DNA of 63,725 bases, filler included, from Basidioascus undulatus (taxonomy: Eukaryota): assembly GCA_000826855.1 (NCBI GenBank). It is 8 parts of 8 records of this genome, joined end to end, with 100 filler letters (N's around TTAATTAATTAA, not from the genome) between each part and the next. Parts side by side here need not be neighbours in the genome. Positions count along the whole stretch, not along the records: positions 1 to 23,449 come from JTLS01000266.1; 7 more parts are not named here. One strand, 5' to 3'. The translations under genes and the position numbers were made by a program. Below the pieces are notes generated by a model. That model did not search any database. It worked only from the letters and a program-made list of their open reading frames with translations, and was not told where the DNA came from. Of this stretch, positions 1-11,671 are shown in pieces. How positions within the stretch are numbered: the stretch's first letter is position 1; every line of letters begins with the position of its first letter.

Positions 1-2254
1 CCTCCTCTTTGCCTCCTCCGCACCCCGCACATCCGCCCCCGCCCCTGCCGCTGCCCCCACCGCCGCCGCTGCTTCCCCAGCAGCCACACCCTCCGCCGCG
101 GGCGCGAAGCCGTGGCAGGCGATCGATGAGGCGCCTGTGGACGTGTATTGGTCCAAGAAGGACGGGCGGATTGGGCGGACGGGCAAGGACGCGCCGAGCC
201 GGCACAAGGGGAATCTGAACACGCTCGCGATTGAGGTGCGTCTTCGGCGGGGCTTGCAGAGGGGTGGGGTGATGCTGATCGTGGTATTGGCCGGGGTTCA
301 AACAGCCGTACGACACCAACTACCACAAGGAGCACCAGATCAAGCACCTCTCGTTCCACGCGTACCTGCGCAAGCTGCATGACAAGAACCCGCCCACCTC
401 GTCCGTCGCGTCGCTCCCCCCGCTCTCGGAACCCTCCTTCAAGTACATGCAGTGGGTCCCCGCTGCGATAACGCTCGGGGTGCAAGAGTTCCGGATGGTC
501 GACCACGTCGAGTTCTCCTCGCCCGCGATGATCGAGAACCTGCTCAACTTCTGGCGGGCGACGGCGACGCAGCGCTTCGGGTTCCTCCTCGGACGGTACG
601 AGCCGTATGACAAGGTGCCGATGGGGATCAAGGCCGTCGTGGAGGCGATCCACGAGCCCCCGCAGGAGGGCGAGCTGGACGGGCTGACGCTCGGCCTTCC
701 ATGGGAAGACCAAGCGCGCGTGGAGGCCCTTGCCCGCGACGCGGGGCTCGAGGTCGTGGGCATGATCTATACGGATCTGACTCAAGCGCCGGGGGAGAGC
801 GCGCCCCAGTGCAAGAGGCACCAGGACAGCTTCTTCCTCTCCTCGCTCGAGACATGCTTTGCCGCAAAGCTCCAGCTCGCGAACCCTACGCGCACAAGGC
901 ACTCGCCCACAGGCACGTTCCAGTCCCGCTTCGTCACGTGCGTCCTGAGCGGCACGCCCGAGGGCGGCGTCGACGTCGCCGCGTACCAGGTCAGCGCGCA
1001 GGGCGCGGCGCTCGTGGATGCGGACATCGTCGAGCCGAGCGTCGAGCCGGGTACCATGCGCCTGAGGGAGAGCGTGAAGGGGCGCTATGTTCCGGATGTG
1101 TTTTATCGGTATAAGAACAAGTACGGCATCGACGTCAAGCAGTACGCGAAGCCTTGCTTCCCCGTTGAGTACCTCCTCGTCAACGTGCGTTTCCCCTCAC
1201 TCCTTCACTCCCTGTCCTTTCTCCCCTTCTCTCTCCCGCTTATCTTCCACCCGCCTGCTGACTTCTCCCGTTCTCCCCCCACAGCTCACGCACGGCTTCC
1301 CCGTCGAGCCGAACCCGCTCTTCCTCTCCTCGCGCTTCCCGATCGAGAACCGGCCTGGGCTGCACGACCAGTCGGTGGACAAGCTCGTCTCGCTCCTCTC
1401 CCCGCTGGTCAAGGACCTCCCCGGCGTCGCGTACCTCTCGCCGGAAGACGTCGGCGTCTCCTCTTCCTCCGGGAAGGGGAAGGGGCGCACCGAGGATGCC
1501 GGGCGGGTGGAGGAGCTCCGGAGGGTGCTCAGCGATTGGCACTTGGTTGCGTGGTTGGAGGAGAGCGGGCTATTCTCGAAGGTGCGCCGCGCCATTCTCG
1601 CGCTTTTGTGTGCGGAGGGGAAAGAGGTGTTGACAAGCTTTTTGGGCGGGCCGACAGGACGACGTCAAGAAGTTCATGCACGTTGCGACGGCGCACGACG
1701 ACCCGCACGCGCTCGAGGGGGTCGTGTCCACGGACGGTTGGAAGACGCTCATGCACATCGTCAAAGAGCGCTCCGCGCGTACGTTATCCCTTCCTCTTCC
1801 TCCCCTTCCCTTCCCCTCTTAACTCCCCCGCGCCTTCAACTGACCCCCCTTCCCCCAGCGACCGCCCAACCCCACGACTACCCTGGCGCATTCGGCGGCG
1901 GCGATGACGTGGACATCCCGCCCGAGGCATTCGACTCTGCCGCCGCGGGCGGTGGAGCGGGCGGGCTGTCGGACGAGGACGAGGCTGCTATCCAGAGCGT
2001 GAGCGATTTCATGTTAACAGGGCGAAGAGGAGGTGTAGAAGGAACGCTGATGTGTGTTCGCGGGTGGACAGCTGATGGCCTTCGGTGGGTTCCCGTATGA
2101 GAGTGCCAAGGAGGCGTATTTGGCTTGCGATCGGTGGGTCGGGCCTTTCTTTACTGGCTTTTGGTGGTGGTGAGGACAGAGAGCTGATGTGCGTGCTGGG
2201 GGTGGTAGCAATTCGGAGCACGCTGCGAATCTGCTGTTCGAGAACGCATTCTGA
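1..2254 (+). CDS. NPL4: Nuclear protein localization protein 4 (Cdc48-Ufd1-Npl4 adaptor), multi-exon, 5' end outside the window; C-terminal UBA domain
   Basis: Spliced translation contains IKHLSFHAYLRKL, AITL..QEFRMVDHVEF, QRFGFLLGRYEPY..VPMGIKAVVEAIHEPPQ, VGMIYTDL, FFLSSLE, SRFVTCV, YVPDVFY, AKPCFPVEYLLV..THGFP and FPIENR, all Npl4 hallmarks. Stop TGA at 2252-2254. Confidence 0.96.
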
Positions 2255-2787
2255 GCCGGAGGGAGAGAAAGGGATGGGATGGTGGGCCGTTGGGCGTAGT
2301 GGTTGATGATGAGATGAGACGCTGAATGCAGGGCGTCTTTTGAGCTTGAAGCTCAGTTGGTTCGTGTTCGTGATCGAGAGGGGAAATGAGGCACAGCGCT
2401 GTTGGGACGGTTGGATAGGCGATCAAGAAGGGGACGATCAGTCCAAGTGTGGGATGCGAGTAGCGAGAAGGTGCGCCAGCCCGATCGAGGTGAGCGCAAG
2501 ACGGAGATGATCATGTGGGCGGATGAGTGGACGCAGCTCTGATGTGAGTGAGTGAACGTTTGGGAGGAAAGGGTAGCACTTGATGGGTGATGCGGATTCG
2601 AAAAAGGCGCGGTGAGTGCTTGAGCGGGTCCGGCACGCCCAGATGACCTACATCTTCGCAGAAGAGTGAAAGAGAGGGGAGGGTGGGAGAAGTGGTATCA
2701 TGCGATGCTTGAGTGATGATGGTAATGGTACATACGCCAATGCCTCTAAACCGAGAGAAAAGCAAAAGAAGACGTGGATGTTGATGA

Positions 2788-3367
2788 TCATCGAGAAGCG
2801 TAAGGCGAGTTGTTCTCCTTGATCGGGACCTGCGCGGTCGAGGAGGCGCCGTCTTGCCTGCGCGAGCGCATCCACTCGTCTTTGGCGGCTTCGACAACTT
2901 CTTCGGAATTACTTTGACGAGGCAGAAAGTCAGCGTTGGCAAATGAGCGAAAGATGAGGATGCGAAAAGGCGGAGGGAGGAAGACGGCGAACAGAAGACG
3001 GAGGGGAGGGGGGACGGGGAGGGAAGGAAAAGAGGAAGTGGGACGTGGGATGTGGGGGCGGGGAAGAGGGAGATGAAGCGAAGAAGAAAAGGGGAGGAAG
3101 GGAGGAAGAGGATCGGCAAGGGCAGGAGGGCGGAGACGAAGGGAGGATGGGAGATCGGAGGGGATGAGATCGAGGGCGAACTTACTGCTTCGCCATGCAC
3201 TCCTTCAAGGCCCGATGCGGCGCCCTACACGCCCACACAATACTGATCGTCCTCCCCTGCGAGCACTCTGCAAAGGCGCGGACGACGTCGTCGCACGCCT
3301 TAAGCGCCGCGAGACGCGTCTCTTTCCGCAGCGCGTCTTCCTCGCGGCGGGAGATTATTGCGTCCAT
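2788..3367 (-). CDS. CMC1: Twin CX9C cytochrome c oxidase assembly protein, Cmc1 family (2 exons)
   Basis: MDAIISRREEDALRKETRLAALKACDDVVRAFAECSQGRTISIVWACRAPHRALKECM shows twin CX9C. Intron at about 3185-2911, then exon 2 NSEEVVEAAKDEWMRSRR...stop. Confidence 0.88.
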
Positions 3368-3861
3368 GGTCGGCGGGGATTGGAGGGAGGGCGTGGGAGG
3401 AGTAGGTAAGAGAACGGTAAGGGTAGGGGTGTGGGAGGAAGATGGAGAGGGTGGGGAGTGGAGGAGATGGAGGAGGGGGAGGTTGAGGTCGCTGCAGGCC
3501 ATTTCGAGCGAAGGAAAGTCAGTACGAGGAGGGAAAGATGCAGATTGAGGGTATGCTGGACAGAATGATGTGGACGCACTGCACGGTCCCAGCAAATAAA
3601 TCGAGTGTAGTCAAAGGGGCTGGCTGGCCCAGGCAAGAGGCTGGCCGTCGATGAACGTTCAAGCTGTGCACGAGCAACCGCGAAGACGCTCGCTCTCGCA
3701 TGCTGGCGAGGCGGCGCAACTGCCGGGGCGCCGGTATCGCCGAACTCTCGCTGTGGATTCATTCCAGATCTTAAATCCGAAATGGTCTTCCCCAATCTCA
3801 GCTCAGCTCACCTCATCGTTCCTCGATCCCGAACGCTCACCGTCTTCTTCCACATTCGACA

Positions 3862-5732
3862 ATGCTGCTAGACCGTCCCGCTTCACTCCTCGTACGCTCT
3901 ATCAGAATTCACAGCAAATAGCAGAGTGGAGGGTAAGAGGAAGCTGACGATCGCCATAGGCCCGCCCCCTCACGCGCTCGCTCGCCACGCCCGCCTCGGG
4001 CGCTGCCGCAGCGGGGCCGTCCGCCCTTGCCGCGCGCGTCAAGGCGAAGCTGGACGACGGGCTTACGCTGGACGATTTTGTGCGGGCGGATGTGGTGGAG
4101 GAGGGGATAGTGGAGAAGGAGGGCGATGGGCGGGTCAGGCTGGGGAGGACTGGGGAGTACGTCTTCCTTTCCTCATTTCCCCTTCCCCTTCCCTTTCTTC
4201 TTTCCTTCCTACCTTCCTCTTTTATCTTTCTTCGGAGATGATTCACTTAATAATGTTGTGTTTGGGATGGTCAGGCCCCGCCTCCCCACCCACTTGCGTT
4301 CCCCCGCCGGCGCGGCGCCCACCTCCCCCTCCTTCAAGAAGCTGCGCTCCGACCTGCGCGGACTCGGGCTGCACACAGTGTGCGAAGAGGCGCGCTGCCC
4401 CAACATCGGCGAGTGCTGGGGCGGCTCGAGCAAGGAGGCTGCCACGGCGACGATCATGCTCATGGGCGACACGTGCACGCGCGCGTGCCGCTTCTGCTCG
4501 GTCAAGACGAGCCGGGCTCCTCCCCCGCTGGACGTGCATGAGCCGGAGAATACCGCGGAGGCCATTGGGAGGTGGGGGATTGGATATGTCGTGCTTACTA
4601 GTGTGGATCGGGACGGTGCGTTTGCTGCTCTCCTCCTCGCTCCAGGGACTCATCCCCCTCCCCCGCAGATCTCCCCGACGGCGGCGCCGCCCACTTCGCC
4701 TCCACGATTCGACGGATCAAATCCAAGTCCCCGTCAACCCTAATCGAAGCCCTCACAGGCGACTTCCACGGCTCCCTCTCAAGCGTGCGCGAACTCGCGC
4801 TCTCCGGCCTCGACGTGTACGCGCACAACGTCGAGACCAGCCCGGAGTGCACGCCGTTCGTGCGCGACCGGCGTGCGTCGTTTGCGCAGAGCTTGCGGGT
4901 GCTGGAGGAGGCGAAGCGGGTGAGGGGGCGCTTGGGGGCGGGGGTGGTGGATGGGTTGGAGGGAGTGGTGACGAAGACTAGTATTATGCTGGGGGTGGGG
5001 GAGACGGAAGAACAGGTGATGGGGGCGCTGAAACGTACGTCGGGCGTGGCCTTCTTCTTTTGTGGCTGGCAGGGGAGTTAGGGCATGACTGAAATGCGGG
5101 AGGGGGAGGGAACAGAACTCCGCCAGTCTGAGGTCGACGTCGTCACGTTCGGGCAGTACATGCGTCCGACGAAGCGGCACATGAGTGCGTCTTGTCTCCT
5201 CCCCTTTAACCACTCCTCCTCTCCTTTTCCCCCTTTCCCCCTCCTCTTCCTCTTCCGCCTCCTCTTCCTCTTCCCCCTCCTCTTCCTCTTGCCCTCCCCC
5301 TCCTCTTCCCCCTTCCCCTTCCCTTTGAACCGCGCGTCTTCCATTCATGCGACTGACTTCCGCGCTCGCCACGCTCGCAGAGGTCCACCGCTACGTCGAC
5401 CCCGCCGAGTTTGAGCGGTGGAAGACGATCGCGGAGGACATGGGCTTCCTGTACGTCGCGTCGGGCCCGCTGGTTAGGAGCTCTTACAAGGTGCGTTTGT
5501 CTTCCTCTTCCTCTTCGCACCTCCCTACCCATCCATCCTCTCTTCCTCGATGCTGATCATTGGGACTGAACTGCAGGCCGGCGAGTTCTTCATCAAGAAC
5601 GTGATTGAAAAGTCGCGCGCGCGGGGCGTCGCAAAGGCCGTCAAGGACCTCGCGGCGGCGGTGAGCCCGCTTGCTGGCTCTTCTTCCTCTTCTTCCCGGG
5701 TGGGAAAGGAGGCGGAGAAGTCGCAGGAGTAG
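3862..5732 (+). CDS. LIP5: Mitochondrial lipoyl synthase (radical SAM), multi-exon
   Basis: [86 protein letters not shown] and [16 protein letters not shown] are all present. Confidence 0.97.
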
Positions 5733-6713
5733 GGTCGGGGAGCGCTGCGGTTGGGGGAGATGAGAGGGAGGGCGAGGGGCGTGACGGTCGATAGAACACT
5801 TTACTTGATTCTCTCTGCTGCGTGGATGGTTTGGTGGGTCTGCAAGAAGTGGGCATTCCCGGCCAAGCAAAATCTCAAAAGTGTCTTTCCACCAGCAACC
5901 AGCCCAGCCCCAACCAGTCCACTACCAACTGGGTTGCTAAAGCTCACGGACCTTCTCACATATCACCAGAATATTCTTGCTCCTTATCTCACTTCGGCCT
6001 CTCTGGACCGCCTCGCTAATGAGCTGTCCGTCCCTCCGCCTACACACCACCCTCGCGGTCCGTCAGCGCGCGGCGAGGCTGTTAAGATCGCAGCTGCCAG
6101 GAAAAGTTGTGCAGGGAAAGTCAGGTGCAATGATAGATGAACATTTGTTTCACCTTGACAGAACCATCGTCAGGGGCGAACAAATCGGCTGAGGGCGTGG
6201 CAATGAGCAAGCGGCGTTGGCTGGTTCAGGCCGGCGCTGGCAGCTCTTTGGCCCAAACACAAGTAGTAGGCTTGCGTGGAATCTTGGCAAGAGTATCTCC
6301 TAGAGATCAAACCGAGTAACGGCATAATACAAAGAAATCAACAACCAGTGAACCAACGGCGCCAGCGCTACCCGCCACATTCAGTAGGGATAGAAGTTGT
6401 GAACGAGCATGTGGCGAGTCAGACCAGACTCTTTTGCGATGAGTAGCCATCCTTTTGAGATAATTCGTCAAGATTATGAAAGTCCAGGGTGTGAATGTAT
6501 TCAGTAAGCGATGCTCTCCGGTACAAGAAGCACAATTTTGACTCACAAGACTTGGCGACCTTTGGCGGCGCAAGCATGACAAGACGTCAGTAGTAACAAT
6601 TCCGTTCGTGTCGGTTTGCTGCTTACTTTGGTGGTATGTCGGACAGTTGAATTGTCTCGATGGTGATTCCACCCTCCAAGTTGGTGTATGACCGTGTATG
6701 TGCCCTGCTACGG

Positions 6714-7630
6714 TTAGCGGTTGACCTGAACGATAACGCGTTCGGCGGTTGATTTTTGGACCTCATCCATCACGACGAAGCTCTGCGCACCGATATCGAG
6801 AGTTCCCGAAAGATTGAGACCGCCCCTTGGTGTTCGATCCCTCACGAGAGCTATGCTCAGGGCTGTGAAGGTTTTCTCAGTTTCAGTGACTTCGGAACCG
6901 TGCGAGACGATGAAAAAATATGCTTGCAAGCTGTAGAAGTTGGTCAGGTTGATAAAAGCTCGGCAGCTGGCCGTAGTAGCCACGACCGGCTTCAACAAAA
7001 ATCAGCTACTACAAACCGAAGGCACGCACCTGCGTTCGGGAACAAGAACGTACCACTAAGGTCTAACGATGCCCCGAAAGGCAGATGTCAGTTATGCTCG
7101 TGCTTTGAGATCGAGTTGTGTACATACTATGGCAATGGCTTTGGCGAGCGTGTTATTGGTGTAAGTAATAACCTGGGGATTAAAGACGTCAGCATGAGCA
7201 CCGCACGGCAGACACATAGTAGAAACACCATACGAACGTGATGATGTTGTAAGACCCACACAAGAAGAAAACGAGGGTCTCGAAGCAGAATGCGAGCGAG
7301 ACCTTAGAAGCAAATCGAAATTAAAAGTTGGGGTCAAGTCGGTGTTAGAGCATGAAGGAGCTTGGAAAATGAATCTCACAGATCCGGAGTAGTCGGTGCG
7401 AAGCTGAAGAAGGCCCAACGCCCCAGGAGTGAAGATGACGGTATCCTGAATGAGGACTGTGTGGTAGATGTCCCTCGAGAAATATGAGCTCTGTAATTTC
7501 AAGGTGAAGTAGAAATCTCTCACTATATATGGCCTTGCTTGAAAGAAGCCTCTGATTCTTTAGGAGGATGACACAGACGCCCGTAGATACATCGTAGAAC
7601 ACACCCTGCGCTGGCAAAGCTTCAGACACG
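6714..7630 (-). other. Possible small-exon gene or gene remnant (hydrophobic product), unidentified
   Basis: Several short open segments with GT..AG borders on the minus strand (e.g. VITYTNNTLAKAIAI before gtatgt; FINLTNFYSLQAYFFIVSHG...VIVQVNR*). No family recognised. Confidence 0.3.
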
Positions 7631-7854
7631 CGACATCAATTTCTTGCGGCAAAAATTCAGATATATCAAAATTCTCTTACTGAAACACCACACTATAATA
7701 CAGAGATATGTGAGACGACGCGGAGCTAACAGCAGCGCTGGTGACTTACAGACTATTTGCCCAAACGCCAAGATCGCCAAAAGGAGAACAATGTAAAGCT
7801 TCTTTCGCCATCTACACACACATTTCTGCTCAGTATTCACTGATAAAAGCACAG

Positions 7855-9362
7855 AACGGCGCGGTGGTACGTACATCGCCACGGTCCACAACGAGAGCAA
7901 CACGATCGCCTGGCAGCAGGTCATGAACGGCGGCGACGGCGAAGGTCCCTTCCGCGCCGCAATCCAGCAATCCGGTGCTTTCACTGCGCTGTTCAGCGGG
8001 GTACATCGCTTAGCTTGCTCTCTCATAAACACACCACCGCTCAGGAGCCTACTTTGGACCTGCCTTCACAGAAAGCAGCCGCATAGGAGGACGTCTACGA
8101 GCGCGCCGGGTGCGCCAACGCGTCGCAGCCGGTGCAGTGCCTGCGACGAGCTCGACGGCGAGCCATCAACGCGACGTACGGCTCGTCGTGGGGCTCGCCG
8201 TTTGGCCCCGTCGTTGACGGTGACATCATCCCCGATACGCCGGGCAAGCTCGCGGCGCAGGCCACGATATCCAGGGTTCCAGTTATGGCGGGGAGTAAGT
8301 CGTCGATCGTTCGGCTTTCGCTTCGGGTGCTCAACATATTGTTCTTCCCGCAGCGAATCTCGACGATGGTGAGCCAGAAACAGGGACTCAGCGTACTCGA
8401 AGCGGTCCAGCGTGCTGAGCACTCCTTTCAGGAACCATCTTTGCTCTCATCACGTTAACCAACATTGCCACCCTTACAAATGAGACGTCCATTGCGACCT
8501 TCCTGAACAGCTGCTTCCCGTGCGTGCCCTCATTCCACCGCAGTCCTTCCAGAAGTTTTACTGATACTGTTGTTGCCTTTACTCGTGGGAGACTTTCAAG
8601 GGAACCGAGCAGGCAGCTGTCATTCTGTATTACAGCGCCGATCCTGCGGAAGGCTCCCCGTACGGAACGGGCAACGCGACGTTTGGTCCGCCGGACTCCC
8701 AGTAAAGAAGGTGCGTCTGAGAGTATGGCATACCTTGCAATGGTATGGTGTCACTCATGTTGTGCAGCTGCCTTACCCTAAGCGCGCCGCTTCCATCTTC
8801 GGGGATTATGTCTTCCGATGCCCCACGTCGGCACATCAGTGAACAGGCCGCGTCTCTAGCTGCGTGAGTCTGTGCCCTTGTGCATCCATTTGTTTCCCGT
8901 TGAGACTGTCAACTATTGGGGGAATCTTCTTCCCGTAGCGGCACTGGGCGTATAAATTCACAGCAAGGTCCGTCCCCAGGGCTTCTTTCTTCTTCCTGTC
9001 ATTCCTCGCCATGTACTCACGTATCCCACTTGGTCAGGGCAGCAAATCCGCTTCGTCTACTCCAACTCGGACCTGACGGGGCCCGCTCTCCATCGCGGAC
9101 CTCCAGCAGACGATCACGGATGCCTGGCTTCGTTTTGCGGTGCACCATGATCCAACCTACAACTCCGGTACGGCCAACTCGTTCCATAATAAACTATCTC
9201 ACCACCTACTCACACACCACAACTACCCGCACAGACCTCGACTGGCCGGAATACTCGGCTTCCTCGCCGCAGCTCCTCCAGTTCCTCGCCGGCAACGTCA
9301 CTCTCATTCCCGACACATATCGCACAGATCAGATCTCGTACATCAATCACATCAATAACTAG
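7855..9362 (+). pseudogene. Type-B carboxylesterase/lipase, C-terminal half only (apparently 5'-truncated)
   Basis: Exons read QVMNGGDGEGPFRAAIQQS, FGPVVDGDIIPDTP, VPVMAG, NLDDG, DPAEGSPYGTG, RAASIFGDYVFRCP and DWPEYSASSPQLLQF...DTYRTDQISYINHINN*. No HGGG or GxSAG exons recognised upstream. Confidence 0.7.
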
Positions 9363-11671
9363 AGTAACCCAAGCTTCTAATAGGACCTATCCTTCGGATG
9401 CATTTGCTTCGCTGGGTATACTTTGGACGGAGACATGCCTCAAGACGCGGAATTGCCCTCGGACTGAACCAGCTCAGACAGCACTGAGTACTAGGGATTA
9501 GGAGGATTCAATGAGGCTAGTGACCAAGGAATAAAACACAGTGATCTTACGGGAAGCGTCCTCGCTGAGCACGAACTTCCCCTCACGAGCAAAGCCCCAG
9601 CGTAGAATGTGAAGTCCTTGCACACTCCAACCTTTCGTGAAGCCTCTTTGAAAGAATACTAAGGCTTTCTACAACTACACTATGGATCAGACACTTGCCG
9701 AAAACAGATTTGGACGGCTTGTTGCACGGCGTGAAGCGGCGCGGGAGAAGCGAGACACGCTATCCGTCTCTGGTCAGCCTGCTTTTGGGTCGCCGTTTTT
9801 CTTTCGAGTACTCTTGCATTTCCGACATGCATTTTTCCGAGAGAACGGACCCTGCAAAAACGTGATCCGTGACAGTTTTCTTGGCTGAGACTCGTGCACG
9901 CGTGCTTCACGGCGTGTGTCGGGCTTGGACAGTTTCTGTTCCCTTTGCCATTGCGGATCTTGATATGCAAATTTTAGGACCCATTCGCTTACCCATGTGA
10001 AAGTGAAGTAACATAAAGTGCACTTGCATGCAGCGTCGCCGCGGGGCATGAACCAATCCCTCACGACCAAAACCCAAGGACGCGTTGATAGCAGCACCTT
10101 TTGCACACCTCGGAGCTCCAGCCGCTTCATGTTCCTAATAATTATCATTTTCTTGTCCCTTGTCTCCATCAGAGGTCTACCCTTTGCACGTTGCCTGTCT
10201 GGTCGCTCCGCCGGTTCAATTCAGTTTGGTGTGCGCATTGCAGTTTTCCTACCTTACACACCCGGCCTGCGGTACAGTGTTCCATTAAGCCACCTATAAC
10301 GTAAAGTATAGGACTTACACCCCAGGCATGGCCCTTCAGTCCGGTCCCGCTTAACCTTGGAGTAGAACAGGGGGAGGCAGAACCCGGAAAGGGGACTGGA
10401 CAGCCAGGGCGAACGGCATGAGACAATGTGCTTCCAAGCTGAATGCTTCTTCAATGCCCGACAACAGTTGGCAGGACGTTTCCCAATTGGGAGCTGGGCG
10501 ACCTGGACTTTCTCGTACTCAACCCCGCAAACCAAAGCCGATTCTGTGCGGTTGTTCTGCGCAGCCGCTTCACTCGAAGCGTCTTCTTCTGCTACTAAGC
10601 TAATGAGCCCGTTGTAAAGGGGGTTCAGTATCTCTCACTGTGAAACAATCTCCCGGAAAAACCACCAGCCTTCCTCTCGCATGATCACAGACCTCCGTGA
10701 TGGAATGGCCCGCTACAGCCCTTTTTCGATGGTTCCCGGTATCGCAAGCTGAGACCCGGAAGGCTCAATGATCCGAAGTTTCTTGGGTCTCTGGGTATCT
10801 ACAGCAACATTTCTATAGATGCATATTCAACAGCATCGGTGGAGGAAAGGGGTTTGATCGGCTTGGGTTGCAGATCTGCCTTCACTCGCTGTGAGAACTG
10901 GGACAGCATTCCGCGCTCCATGCATTTCCAAGCTCTTGTGTAAAAAATTTCCCAATTTTACGAATAAATGTATAGCTCACCTTGAGCCAGTGAAGGCTCA
11001 ACGTCGCATGTCGAAAACAGGAGGTCCTACAGTGCATGGCGTGGGAAGTCGTTGCACACCTGACCCCTACATTAAGTCTGATTGACAAGACATGGAGTAA
11101 TATTCTGGATTACCACATTTTCAAGGAGCGATGACCGAACACTGCAGCAGTTTTAGCTTCACAGAGATGTCGACGCTGCATGGGCTCAAGCTTCCTCCTG
11201 GCGTGTATGGTTCGAGACTCAGCCACCTGCCTGCACAATATCCATCTTTCTCTCGCTGTATACCTCCATAGGCTCAAGTCGTTGTTCGAACCGGCCGCAA
11301 TAGGCTGTGACAACGCTGAGGCGGTGAAAACTGTCGGGCTGTTCAGCGAAGTTTCCGCTCTGTCTTTCTCTTGACCCGAAGTAGGAACATGGATTACATG
11401 GATACTGCCGAGGAAACGACAAACCAAATGGAAAAAAAGGCATCTTCACTCTTGCGTGCGCCCCGCTTACGTTACGTGTTCTCGCGCGAACGCGGCGCGG
11501 GGTCGACACGACCCAACGCAAGTTGGTCTTGAACCGCGTTCACTATCGCCCCTCCGCCCTCGCTGCGTGCCTGGGGACTGCCACCGCCGACGCTGCAGTC
11601 CAGTCCACGTCCACCACACCGCCCCCGCTGCCGCCAACGACGAGCACGCCCTTGGGCGTCGCGAGGCCAAG

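Noticed and set aside
9400..11450. AT-richer intergenic stretch with an imperfect 13-nt inverted repeat (about 9725 and 9904), considered as a structured ncRNA or transposon
   Set aside because: No recognisable RNA family motif, transposase or convincing terminal repeats.
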